Below are positions 1 to 8,938 of a stretch of DNA of 64,000 bases, piece by piece (position 1 is the stretch's first letter; each line of letters opens with the position of its first letter). The stretch is from positions 2,816,001 through 2,880,000 of the forward strand of contig OY771587.1 in the NCBI GenBank assembly GCA_963674825.1, read 5' to 3'. Position numbers and translations under genes: made by a program. The notes beneath the pieces were generated by a model. It did not search any database and was not told the origin of the DNA. It saw only the letters and a program-made list of their open reading frames with translations. This stretch comes from Candidatus Cloacimonadales bacterium. GTDB taxonomy: Bacteria; Cloacimonadota; Cloacimonadia; Cloacimonadales; JAIOQZ01.

Positions 1-1581
1 TTTACGCGTTAGAAGCTGCGCGGTGACCTCTTCTACCGGAACCTCCGGTGTGTCCTCCATCATCATCGCAGATAGCATATTGCGAATATTATCTTTCTCG
101 ATCATTTCGAATACCGATTCAGTTTTTTTCATTTCTGCAACACAGTTACATAACAATTCAAAAATATATCGATACTCATAAGTGAAAAAATAATCAGGTT
201 CAATCTCTTCGCAAACTTTTTCGCATAGGTCGCGTTCTGCGAGCATCATCTTGAGCAGATCCCGCTCTTCCGAATACCGGCTCAGATCGGGTCCTTCGAC
301 GGTTGTCTCGTTCCCATGCGTCCGGGTTGAGCGAATCCTGGACAGAAGCGCGCCTGTCGTTATCCCGAATACTTCTCCGAAATCTCGAGCCTGAAGCTCT
401 CTGGCAACAGGATCTTCGATATTTCCCAGCACCTCGATCAGAAGGTCGATCTTCTCGCGTTCTTCCATCCCAAGCGATTTGTTTTCCTTCAGGAAAACCG
501 GCAGTGAGACTGCGTCTTCGATGATCTGCGCGAGTTCATCAACAGTGTGGTGCATGAGGTACGTGTCGGGATCTTCATCGTCAGGCAAGTATGCGATTCT
601 GGCAGAAAACCCTCGTTTGTGAATTTCGACAGCAGCACGTAGTGCTGCTTTTCGTCCGGCTTTATCGCCGTCGTAGAGCATAACGAAGTTATTGGTGTAT
701 CTTCCCGCAAGTGATATCTGTTTCTCGGTCAGTGCGGTACCGAGCGAAGCCGCCGCATTTCCAACGCCGCTGGACGCCATTCTCAGAAAGTCTGTATAGC
801 CTTCGCAGAGTATGATCTGCTTTTTCTTGGATGCGTCGTAGCGAGTCTGGTAGAGGCCGAAGAGCTCGTCACCTTTGGTGTATATCTCGGTTTCGGGGGA
901 GTTGATGTACTTGGCGTTACTAGGATCGCCGGGCATCACTCTGCCACCGAACGCGACCACCTTACCGAGGATATTGTGGATGGGGAAGATGATTCGGTTA
1001 CGAAAGTAATCAAAATGATCCCCGCGCTGGGAAGCTGCGAAGAGTCCGCTTGCGCGCAGGAGTTTGGTGTCGAATTTGCGGCGTAATAGATGCTCCTTGA
1101 GAGCATTGAAGCTGTTGGGCGCCAGTCCGATTTCGTATTTCTCGATTATCTCATCGGTGAGACCGCGCTCTTTCAGGTAGTTGCGCGCGATTTCACCATG
1201 CTCTTTCATATGGTTTACATAGTAATCCAGCGTCTGACGATAGATCTGTAGAATCAAATCGCGCTTGCTGGGTTCTCCGGTAGGTTCGGAGGTCTCTTCG
1301 ATCTGCACGCCGACGCGCTGCGCCAGGCGTTTGACCGCTTCGATAAAGCTGATCTTCTCGTATTCCTGGATGAAGGTAAAGACATTGCCGCCCCGTCCGC
1401 AACCGAAGCATTTATAGATCTGCTTCTTCTCGTTAACGTTGAACGAGGGTGTCTTTTCCTCATGGAACGGACATCGTGCCTTGAAGTTGCTACCCGCCTT
1501 CTTGAGCGGTATGTAGCCACCGATCACGTCAACGATGTTGTTGCGTTCCCGTATTTCGTCGATCAATGCAGGATCGATCAA
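1..1581 (-). CDS. dnaG: DNA primase (3' end runs off the window)
   Basis: Not in the ORF track. Manual translation from TTG at 1581 (GGAGG RBS upstream) gives MIDPALIDEIRERNNIVDVIGGYIPLKKAGSNFKARCPFHEEKTPSF (CHC2 zinc finger) and TOPRIM motifs SLGTALT, YDGDKAG and DPD in the same frame. Confidence 0.95.
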   Translation of the reverse strand, partial: MIDPALIDEIRERNNIVDVIGGYIPLKKAGSNFKARCPFHEEKTPSFNVNEKKQIYKCFGCGRGGNVFTFIQEYEKISFIEAVKRLAQRVGVQIEETSEPTGEPSKRDLILQIYRQTLDYYVNHMKEHGEIARNYLKERGLTDEIIEKYEIGLAPNSFNALKEHLLRRKFDTKLLRASGLFAASQRGDHFDYFRNRIIFPIHNILGKVVAFGGRVMPGDPSNAKYINSPETEIYTKGDELFGLYQTRYDASKKKQIILCEGYTDFLRMASSGVGNAAASLGTALTEKQISLAGRYTNNFVMLYDGDKAGRKAALRAAVEIHKRGFSARIAYLPDDEDPDTYLMHHTVDELAQIIEDAVSLPVFLKENKSLGMEEREKIDLLIEVLGNIEDPVARELQARDFGEVFGITTGALLSRIRSTRTHGNETTVEGPDLSRYSEERDLLKMMLAERDLCEKVCEEIEPDYFFTYEYRYIFELLCNCVAEMKKTESVFEMIEKDNIRNMLSAMMMEDTPEVPVEEVTAQLLTRK

Positions 1582-1627
1582 TCTTCCTCCAGCTTTACAA
1601 AGTTCATCTATCGAATCATTGAGGTCA

Positions 1628-3973
1628 TTAATTGAAACTCACGACTGTCACGCCGTCACCGCCTGCTTCGGGCGGAGGTGAGAAGAAGTCGGTTACCTTT
1701 TTATGACGGCGCAAATACTGCCGTACTTTCGCACGAAGTGCGCCGGTGCCTTTTCCGTGGACGATGCGGACTTTGTTCAGTCCGTTCATCATAGCGTTAT
1801 CAAGGAACTCTTCGATCATGGGCAGCGCTTCGTCGAAGGTCATGCCCAAAAGCATCAGTTCGAGTGTCGCACGCTTTGCGCCGGGTGCGTCCACCGAAAC
1901 GCCGCTGCTGACTTTCGGCTTCGCTTTCTTCTTCACTTGGAAGAGGTTCGTTGCCTTGGTGGTGTAGAAGAACCCGTTCACATTTACCTTGATATCGCGA
2001 TTCGATATCTCGGTGATGGTGCCGATCGCGTCGAAATCCCGGACCCAGACTTCCATCCCAATCACAGGTTTTTCGAGTGGAGAGCCCTTGGTTTCCACCA
2101 GGCCCGACTCTTCTTTGGAAAGATCCGCCTGCATCCTGTCGGCTTGCTTGAGTATCTCTTGGACATGCTTCTTGCGCTTGCCGGCATCTGTTTTCTTTAT
2201 CCCGTCCATCTCGTTCTGCAGTTCTTTCTGGAATTGGATCAGGTAGTCCCTTGCTTCACGAATAGAACGTTTCTTGATCTCTTTCGTTTCCTGCTCGATC
2301 TCGGCCAGCTTTTTCTCGTATTCGTCGATCTTCCTCTGTAGCAGACTGTTGTGTAGCTTCGACTGGTAATTCTGGCGCGCTAATTCTTTTTTCTCGTGGT
2401 TCATCTTCACCAGGAGTTCGGTCAGCTCCACGTTCTGCTTTCCGGTGAGTTCCCTTGCGCGCTCGACAAGGCCATTATCCATGCCCAGAGACGAAGCGAC
2501 TTCGATCGCGAAGCTGTTTCCGGGAAGGCCCAGCTTGAAGCGGTAGGTTGGAACATGCTTATCCGGGTCGAAATGCATGGCCGCGTTGCGGCAGGATTCC
2601 GATTGCTCGGCATGAACCTTGATCGAGGTGTAGTGTGTGGTGATGACGCAGAGCGAACCGCGTCGTTCCAGCTCTTCCAGGATCGCCTGTGCCAGCGCGG
2701 ACCCCTGTTCGGGATCGGTAGCCGCACCGATTTCATCCACAAGGATCAGGGTGCGGTTTGTGGCGTTGTCCATCATCTCGGTGATACGCCGGATGTGTGA
2801 GGAGAACGTGCTAAGCGCGTTTTCCAGCGATTGGTCGTCGCCGATATCGGCAAAGACATGATCGAACAGCCCGATGACCGATTCGGAATCGGCGGGAACA
2901 GGCAGGCCCGAAAGCGCCATCAGGGAAAGAAGCCCTGCGCTTTTGAGCGTGACAGTCTTACCGCCGGTATTGGGGCCGGAGATGACAAGAACACGGTAAT
3001 CTTCGCCCAGATCGAGATCGAAGGGGATTACCTTGCGTATGTCGCCCAGGTTGCAGATCAGGAGAGGATGTCGCGCCTTGACCAGGTGCAGGACGGGTTC
3101 TTCCACGATACGCGGCACATGGCCGTCGATGCGTCGCGAGAATTGTGCGATAGCATAGAACATATCAAGCTTGATAAGCGTCTGCATGTCCTTAAGCAGT
3201 GTGTCCTTGTACATTCTGATATCTTCTGAGAAGCTCAGAAGAATGCGGAAAATTTCTTCTTTCTCGTCGTCGTCGAGTGAGGAAAGTTCGTTGTTGAACT
3301 GCACCACGGGAGCTGGCTCCATGAATACCGTGGAGCGGCTCGATGAACGGCCATGAAGCAGGCCTTCGATCATTCCGGCAGAAGACTCACGCACAGGGAT
3401 CACATAACGGTTGTCGCGCTGAGTAACGAAGGAATCGCTCAGGTGGCTTGCCTTCGAGGCGATGAATTTCTGCAATTTCTCCTGAATAGTGCCGCGAACC
3501 TGGCGCTTGCGTTTTCGGATGCGCCTGAGCTCAGGAGAAGCGCTGTCAAGAATCTCACCCTCAGCATCGTATATCTGCCGAAATTTCATGAGGATATCGG
3601 GCAGCGGCATGAGCGATTGCAGTTCGTTATAGAACGTGGGGTAGTCGTCAGGATTCATCTCCTGGCTGTTATCGATCAAGGCCTGTGTGGTCTCGATATT
3701 GTCACAGAGTTGCTTGAATTCCTCAAAGTTGTAGCTCTGGTGCGGGTAATCGACAAGCAGGTCGGTGATATCGGTCAGTCTGGAGAAATCGATCACACCG
3801 AACGTGGTTAACGCTTGCTGTACCTGAAAGGTGTAATCGAGCCGGTTTCTGATCGCTTCGATATCCTGCATTGGCGCGATCTCCCGGGCAAGCTCTTTAC
3901 CTGCTTCAGAGCCGCAATGCCGGATAATCAGGTCGATGATTTTATGGTATTCAAGTTGATGTAGCATGTTCAT
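1628..3973 (-). CDS. mutS2: MutS2 family ATPase/endonuclease with C-terminal Smr domain
   Basis: Walker A GPNTGGKT, DIGDDQS..LSTFSSH, DEIGAATDP, coiled coil and Smr motif IVHGKGTGALR. Confidence 0.95.
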   Translation of the reverse strand: MNMLHQLEYHKIIDLIIRHCGSEAGKELAREIAPMQDIEAIRNRLDYTFQVQQALTTFGVIDFSRLTDITDLLVDYPHQSYNFEEFKQLCDNIETTQALIDNSQEMNPDDYPTFYNELQSLMPLPDILMKFRQIYDAEGEILDSASPELRRIRKRKRQVRGTIQEKLQKFIASKASHLSDSFVTQRDNRYVIPVRESSAGMIEGLLHGRSSSRSTVFMEPAPVVQFNNELSSLDDDEKEEIFRILLSFSEDIRMYKDTLLKDMQTLIKLDMFYAIAQFSRRIDGHVPRIVEEPVLHLVKARHPLLICNLGDIRKVIPFDLDLGEDYRVLVISGPNTGGKTVTLKSAGLLSLMALSGLPVPADSESVIGLFDHVFADIGDDQSLENALSTFSSHIRRITEMMDNATNRTLILVDEIGAATDPEQGSALAQAILEELERRGSLCVITTHYTSIKVHAEQSESCRNAAMHFDPDKHVPTYRFKLGLPGNSFAIEVASSLGMDNGLVERARELTGKQNVELTELLVKMNHEKKELARQNYQSKLHNSLLQRKIDEYEKKLAEIEQETKEIKKRSIREARDYLIQFQKELQNEMDGIKKTDAGKRKKHVQEILKQADRMQADLSKEESGLVETKGSPLEKPVIGMEVWVRDFDAIGTITEISNRDIKVNVNGFFYTTKATNLFQVKKKAKPKVSSGVSVDAPGAKRATLELMLLGMTFDEALPMIEEFLDNAMMNGLNKVRIVHGKGTGALRAKVRQYLRRHKKVTDFFSPPPEAGGDGVTVVSFN

Positions 3974-4485
3974 AAGGATGTCCAGTTTACAGTAACAGTA
4001 TCAGGTATCGAGGGTAGCTGGCTGCCGATGATCTGCCGTACTTCGCGTGAGAAAACGCTGACAGCCTGCAGTATGCGCGAGTGCGATTCGATTTCGATGA
4101 TGAAGTCTTGGAGCGGCGTTGCCCATAGCACGATGTAGATCATACAGAGAATGAAGAAACCGATGGCCAGCCCGAGTATGAATCCCAGCGTTCGGTTGAG
4201 GAACTGCAGGGTCAGGAAGTCGAGCACCTTGTCAAGCAGGATGATCGCAAGTTTCGTGATGATCATGATGACGATAAAAACCGTGACGTAGCTGATGATG
4301 GCAGCGGCTAGGGGATTGATATCGAAATGCTGAAGCAGCAGCGACTGCAACACGGGTGCGTAACGCATCATCAGGATCAGCGCTGCAAAGAACCCCACAA
4401 AATGAATCACGGACGCCATGAAGCCCTTGCGCAGACCGTGAATGCCGATTGCGACGAGAATGATTGCAAAAATGATATCAGCCAT
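3970..4485 (-). CDS. CvpA (colicin V production) family membrane protein
   Basis: DIIFAII..GLRKGF start, several TM segments, NRTLGFILG motif; typical neighbour of mutS2. Confidence 0.85.
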   Translation of the reverse strand: MADIIFAIILVAIGIHGLRKGFMASVIHFVGFFAALILMMRYAPVLQSLLLQHFDINPLAAAIISYVTVFIVIMIITKLAIILLDKVLDFLTLQFLNRTLGFILGLAIGFFILCMIYIVLWATPLQDFIIEIESHSRILQAVSVFSREVRQIIGSQLPSIPDTVTVNWTSL

Positions 4486-4529
4486 GATTCACCGTGTTCG
4501 TTGTGTTAGATTCACTGTATGTTACAAAG

Positions 4530-4560
4530 AAAAAAAGAAGGGAGTATAAAGACTCCCTTC
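4530..4560 (-). terminator. Intrinsic terminator after the rpsU-yqeY genes
   Basis: GAAGGGAGT/ACTCCCTTC stem with an A-run on its left (U-tract on the minus strand). Confidence 0.75.
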
Positions 4561-4584
4561 AGCGTCAAAAGGTAACGAGCGTTT

Positions 4585-5028
4585 TCAGGAATTCAGCTTT
4601 TCACGTACGATGGCACTAACCAGCTTGCCATCCGCGCGAGTTCCGGTTTGCTCCAGAACGGCCTTCATCATCCTGCCCATGTCTTTCATTCCCTCGGGTT
4701 TTTCGGCTGCGAACACCGCATCAACGATATTCTCGACCTCTTCCCGTGTCAGATTCCGAGGCAGGTATTCCATGATTATGGAAATCTCTTGTCGCCCGTG
4801 TTCGACCAGGTCCTGACGACCACCGCTTTCGAACATCTCGATAGCCTGCTCACGTGCTTTGACGGCCTTGTGAAGAACCAGAAGCGATTCTTCGTCGGTG
4901 AGCTTATCAACGATGAGCTCAATCTTGCGGTTCATCAAGTCTGTCTTGATCGACCGCAATACCAGCAAGCGCGCCTTGTCTTTGGCAAGCATGGCTTTCT
5001 TGATATCTTCTGCGATTCTGTCTAACAT
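4585..5028 (-). CDS. GatB/YqeY domain protein
   Basis: DIKKAM.AKDK.RL..LR, GRQDL..E..I..YLP and DMGRMM motifs; follows rpsU as is usual. Confidence 0.9.
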   Translation of the reverse strand: MLDRIAEDIKKAMLAKDKARLLVLRSIKTDLMNRKIELIVDKLTDEESLLVLHKAVKAREQAIEMFESGGRQDLVEHGRQEISIIMEYLPRNLTREEVENIVDAVFAAEKPEGMKDMGRMMKAVLEQTGTRADGKLVSAIVREKLNS

Positions 5029-5237
5029 CAGGAGTAACGAGCCTTTTTCCGCAGAGCTTTCAGAAGTTTCCTGCGGGCTGCGTTGAGTTTGCGTTTCCTT
5101 TTATCACTCGGTTTCTCAAAAACCTGGTGCTTTTTAATATCAGAGAGTATCGAAGCCTTTTCACATTTTTTCTTGAACTTCTTAAGCATCACTTCAAAGG
5201 GTTCACCTTCGCGATGATATACTGTAGGCACTGACAT
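5028..5237 (-). CDS. rpsU: 30S ribosomal protein S21
   Basis: GEPFEVMLKKFKKKCEKASILSDIKKHQVFEKPS motif. Start is ATG 5237 or GTG 5231 after AGGAGG, not the track's 5276. Confidence 0.93.
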   Translation of the reverse strand: MSVPTVYHREGEPFEVMLKKFKKKCEKASILSDIKKHQVFEKPSDKRKRKLNAARRKLLKALRKKARYS

Positions 5238-5324
5238 CACCTCCTTTCTGGTCAAAAATATAGAGCATTTCAACATCGAAATCCAAGGCTTTTATGTCAA
5301 GCGAAATCTCTGGTTTTATTGGCG

Positions 5325-5772
5325 CTACCGTTTTTCTCGTAATACGCGCGGAAACGCGAGCTTCATGAACTGCTTCATGTCGCCCGAACGGTATTTCGGA
5401 GAGAGACTGGTCGCAAGCGTGAAACAGCTATTCCAACAACCTCTGCACTCTTTGAATTCACGTAATTTATTCCACCAAGCGGCTGAAGTGAATATCTCTT
5501 CCGGTGAACTTTCCAGCAGATTTCCGATGCTGTTGCCGATGCAGACTTCCACTTCGCCGTCAGGATCGATGAAAAACTTACTGCCCAGTGTCGGCATGTC
5601 GAGGTAAGGGCAGCGTTTGGTGAAATCGTTCTGCAGGTAGTCGATAAAGCCGTCCAGCAGCCATGCGGGGGTGAAAACGTTGGGATGGCTTTTCGCCAGC
5701 TCGATCGCCTGTCGGAATTCATCGTTGACAACAGGCTTGAGATCATCGACCTCCTCATGTCGGGTCGTTCTA
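5325..5772 (-). pseudogene. C-terminal SPASM-domain remnant of a radical SAM protein
   Basis: C..IDPDGEVEVC..IGNL..CRGCWNSC motifs but no radical SAM CxxxCxxC core; the 5' end abuts a 48-bp repeat array. Confidence 0.65.
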
Positions 5773-5899
5773 TTGGATCGCCAAGCCCCAGCTTGGCATC
5801 TCCTGAAACGAGTGTCCCTCTTGGATCGCCAAGCACCAGCTTGGCATCTCCTGAAACGAGTGTCTCTTTTGGATCGCCAAGCACCAGCTTGGCGATCCA
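5773..5899. repeat. Tandem array of 2.6 x 48-bp REP-like units with GCCAAGC-N4-GCTTGGC hairpins
   Basis: Units start at 5773, 5821 and 5869. The last unit has perfectly paired 13-bp arms: TGGATCGCCAAGC-ACCA-GCTTGGCGATCCA. Confidence 0.9.
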
Positions 5900-5955
5900 T
5901 TCAGGTTCAATGATTATGGGCAGCAAATTAGAATTGAATATGATGCAAAGCTGAC

Positions 5956-5986
5956 AAAAAAAGGACCACCGCGTGGGGTGGTCCTT
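5956..5986 (-). terminator. Intrinsic terminator after buk
   Basis: AAGGACCACC/GGTGGTCCTT stem with an A-run on its left. Confidence 0.85.
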
Positions 5987-6009
5987 CATGTATGCGAAAT
6001 CTATTATGA

Positions 6010-7089
6010 TTAGCCTTTGTATTCCTTGGCTTCTTCGAGGCCCTTGAGGACCAGGACGCCGCCTTCGGAGAGGGCTTCCATTTCTTTCTCGCCCGGGTAG
6101 GTGTGAACCGGTGCGATGAACTGCACGTATTTGCTGATTTCTTTGACGATGTACGGATCGTAGACCAGTCCACCGGTCATGAAGATCGCATCGACTTTGC
6201 CTTCAAGCGCGGCAGCGTAGCCACCGATCTCTTTCGCAATCTGATAGCACATTGCGTCCAGGATCTTCTTCGCTTGCTGGTCACCGGCTTTGATGCGGTT
6301 TTCGATTTCCATTCCACTATCGGTGCCGAGATAGGCGAGGAGGCCAGATGTCTTAGAAAGCTTATTTGCGAGTTCTTTCTGTGTATATTCGCCGCTGTAT
6401 GCCATTTCGATGAGGTCACCGATGGGCAGAGCGCCTGCACGCTGCGGCGAGAAGGGGCCCATGCCGAGGAGCGCGTTGTTCACATCGACGACACGACCTT
6501 TCTTGATTGCACCGACGGTGATTCCGCCACCCATATGGATCGCGATCATGTTCAGCTCGTTGAAGTCACGGTTGATGTCTTTCGCCAGGTGACGCGCGGT
6601 GTAACGGATGTTGAGCGCGTGGAACAGAGATTTGCGTTCTATCTCCGGGACACCGGAGATGCGGGCGATATCTTCGAATTCATCGACAGTCACTGGATCG
6701 ACGATAAATGCGGGGATATCAAGATCTTTGCTGATGGCGTTCGCGATGAAAGCGCCCAGGTTGGAGGCGTGGATACGGCCCCAGATGGACGGATCTTTCA
6801 GATCGGCAAGCATCTTCTCGCCCACGCGGTAGGTTCCACCGGGAACGGAGCGAACGAGTCCGCCGCGTCCTACGACAGCTTCGAGGGTCTTGGGATCGAC
6901 ATCATTTTCTCCCAGAGCTTCCATAACCAGATTTTTACGAAATTCATACTGATCCAGGATTCCACCGATCTTGTCGAGTTCAGCCGGATCGTGACGAAGC
7001 ACTTTAACAAACACTTTCTTATCGTCGTCAAAGACGGCGATTTTGGTCGATGTTGAGCCGGGGTTGATAGCCAGTACTCGGTAATTCAT
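6010..7089 (-). CDS. buk: Butyrate kinase
   Basis: INPGSTSTKIA, VGRGG, HASNLG, FHALN, HMGGGI and GPFSPQRAG motifs. Confidence 0.95.
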   Translation of the reverse strand: MNYRVLAINPGSTSTKIAVFDDDKKVFVKVLRHDPAELDKIGGILDQYEFRKNLVMEALGENDVDPKTLEAVVGRGGLVRSVPGGTYRVGEKMLADLKDPSIWGRIHASNLGAFIANAISKDLDIPAFIVDPVTVDEFEDIARISGVPEIERKSLFHALNIRYTARHLAKDINRDFNELNMIAIHMGGGITVGAIKKGRVVDVNNALLGMGPFSPQRAGALPIGDLIEMAYSGEYTQKELANKLSKTSGLLAYLGTDSGMEIENRIKAGDQQAKKILDAMCYQIAKEIGGYAAALEGKVDAIFMTGGLVYDPYIVKEISKYVQFIAPVHTYPGEKEMEALSEGGVLVLKGLEEAKEYKG

Positions 7090-7179
7090 TCATCCTCCAT
7101 ACATGTGTGTAATCTATACTATATCTTCATGAAATCTCGAGTTGAGGGTCATTTCCCGTGAATGGTCATAATGGTCAAT

Positions 7180-8283
7180 TCATTTTTTCAATGCGAGTTG
7201 CATCATCATGGCAACACCTGTCTGGATGCAACGTTCATCGGGCAGAAATCGATCCGAATGTAAATCACCCGCATACTCACCAGCCCCCAGCCAGAAGAGC
7301 AGTCCATCGTAGCGAGTGGTGAAGAATCCGAAGTCTTCGCCGGTCATCACGGTGCTGGCCTCGATATGCCGGATTTCCTGCGGGAGTTGCTCCAGGAATT
7401 TGTTATAGAGCTTCTCTGAGTTGACGACCGGATCATAGGTACTGTGAAGCGTGACCTTGTACTCTACGTCGTGCATTCCTGCAGTTAGTTTCGCGGTTTC
7501 AGTCATCAGATCATTCATTTTCTGCCAGTTTGCGCGACTAAGGCTGCGGGTCGTTCCTTTCATGATGCAATGCTTCGGAACCGCGTTGCGTACGGTTCCA
7601 GCGTTCAGCGTTCCGACGTAAAACACTACCGCGTCCGTGGCCGGGAATCGCTCGTGCATGAGGCGCGACATTGCCTGATAAAACGTCAAACCGGCAGACA
7701 ACGCGTCACGGCCCGTTTGAGGAAAGGCCACATGAGCCGATTCGCCGGTGAACTCGATATCGAACTCCTGCGGGATGCCGAAAAATATACCGGGCTTGGT
7801 CGAAACCGTACCGACGGGCAGGCCGCCGTTGACGTGAAGCGCGTAAGCTTCTTCGATCTCAAATTGGTCCAGGATCTCGGTTTTCAATATCCGCTCCGCT
7901 CCGCCGAGACCTTCCTCGGCGGGTTGGAACAGGAAAAGGTAGTTTTGTTTGGGTTGCATTGCGACGATCTGGTCGATCAGACCGATCAAAATCGTCATAT
8001 GGATATCATGACCGCAGGCATGCATCAGGCCTTCATGGGCTGAGGTGAAATCACAACCGGTTCTCTCGGTGATGGGAAGCGCGTCCATATCGGCACGGAA
8101 GAGCCGATAGGTAGCTTCGCATCGGGTGTATTCGACCACAATGCCGGGAAAGTCGAATGTGTGAATCGTTAGCCCTTCGTACTTCGCGAGAATGTCGAGC
8201 ACGTGTTGCTGCGTCTTGTGTTCCCTGAAACCGAGTTCAGGAATCATGTGCAGGTCTTTGCGAACCTGAATCAGATCGATCAT
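7180..8283 (-). CDS. M20 family amidohydrolase (N-acetyl-diaminopimelate deacetylase-like)
   Basis: RKDLHMIPELGFRE, RADMDALP, MHACGHD, FQPAEE and GEDF motifs; start reassigned to ATG at 8283. Confidence 0.9.
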   Translation of the reverse strand: MIDLIQVRKDLHMIPELGFREHKTQQHVLDILAKYEGLTIHTFDFPGIVVEYTRCEATYRLFRADMDALPITERTGCDFTSAHEGLMHACGHDIHMTILIGLIDQIVAMQPKQNYLFLFQPAEEGLGGAERILKTEILDQFEIEEAYALHVNGGLPVGTVSTKPGIFFGIPQEFDIEFTGESAHVAFPQTGRDALSAGLTFYQAMSRLMHERFPATDAVVFYVGTLNAGTVRNAVPKHCIMKGTTRSLSRANWQKMNDLMTETAKLTAGMHDVEYKVTLHSTYDPVVNSEKLYNKFLEQLPQEIRHIEASTVMTGEDFGFFTTRYDGLLFWLGAGEYAGDLHSDRFLPDERCIQTGVAMMMQLALKK

Positions 8284-8294
8284 GCCATATCCTT

Positions 8295-8933
8295 TTAAGC
8301 TTCGTTGATGGTTGTCGTGAGTGAGCGTGTGGCCTGCCTGCGGAGCCTCCTGTGCGTACGCAGAACCTTCCAGATCACTTTTGGATAGAGCTCGTGCTCG
8401 ATTTTCAGAACCTTCTTCGCCACATCTTCCGCAGACTTGCAGCTTCGAATACTGACAGACTTCTGCGCGATGATCGCACCTTCGTCGTAGTGCTCGTTCA
8501 AGTAATGCACCGTCGCCCCAGACATTCTGTCGCCAGACTGGTACACCGCCTCGTGAACCGCCATACCATACATTCCTTTGCCGCCGTATTTGGGCAGCAG
8601 GGCCGGATGAATGTTCACGATCGGGCATTCGATCTTCTGGATGAACTCGCCGGAGAGCCTGCGCATAAAGCCTGCCAGGACGATCAGATCGATCTCCTGC
8701 GCGATGGCGATAGCTTCCAGTTTGCTCTCGAAGGCTGCAAGGTCTTTCGTAGAAAGATACCGGCAATGAATACCCAGTCGTTGGCAGCGTTCTTTGATCG
8801 GCGCATCTTCATTATTGATGGTCACCATGGCGATTTCGACAGGCAACCGCTGTTTCGTGATATATTGGTAGATCGCTTCGAAATTCGAGCCGCGGCTCAT
8901 CCCTGATGTCAGGATCGCGATGCGAGCTTTCAT
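8295..8933 (-). CDS. purN: Phosphoribosylglycinamide formyltransferase
   Basis: GSNFEAI, LAGFMR, NIHPALLPKYGGKG and SGATVH..YDEG motifs. Confidence 0.93.
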   Translation of the reverse strand: MKARIAILTSGMSRGSNFEAIYQYITKQRLPVEIAMVTINNEDAPIKERCQRLGIHCRYLSTKDLAAFESKLEAIAIAQEIDLIVLAGFMRRLSGEFIQKIECPIVNIHPALLPKYGGKGMYGMAVHEAVYQSGDRMSGATVHYLNEHYDEGAIIAQKSVSIRSCKSAEDVAKKVLKIEHELYPKVIWKVLRTHRRLRRQATRSLTTTINEA

Positions 8934-8938
8934 TACTG

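Noticed and set aside
5773..5899. Possible mini CRISPR array
   Set aside because: The sequences between the palindromes are near-identical rather than unique spacers, and no cas genes are present; it is a tandem REP-like repeat.
8284..8766. 161-aa N-terminal extension of the amidohydrolase in the ORF track
   Set aside because: It overlaps purN in another frame; family similarity starts at MIDLIQVRKDLH, which has its own AAGGA RBS.
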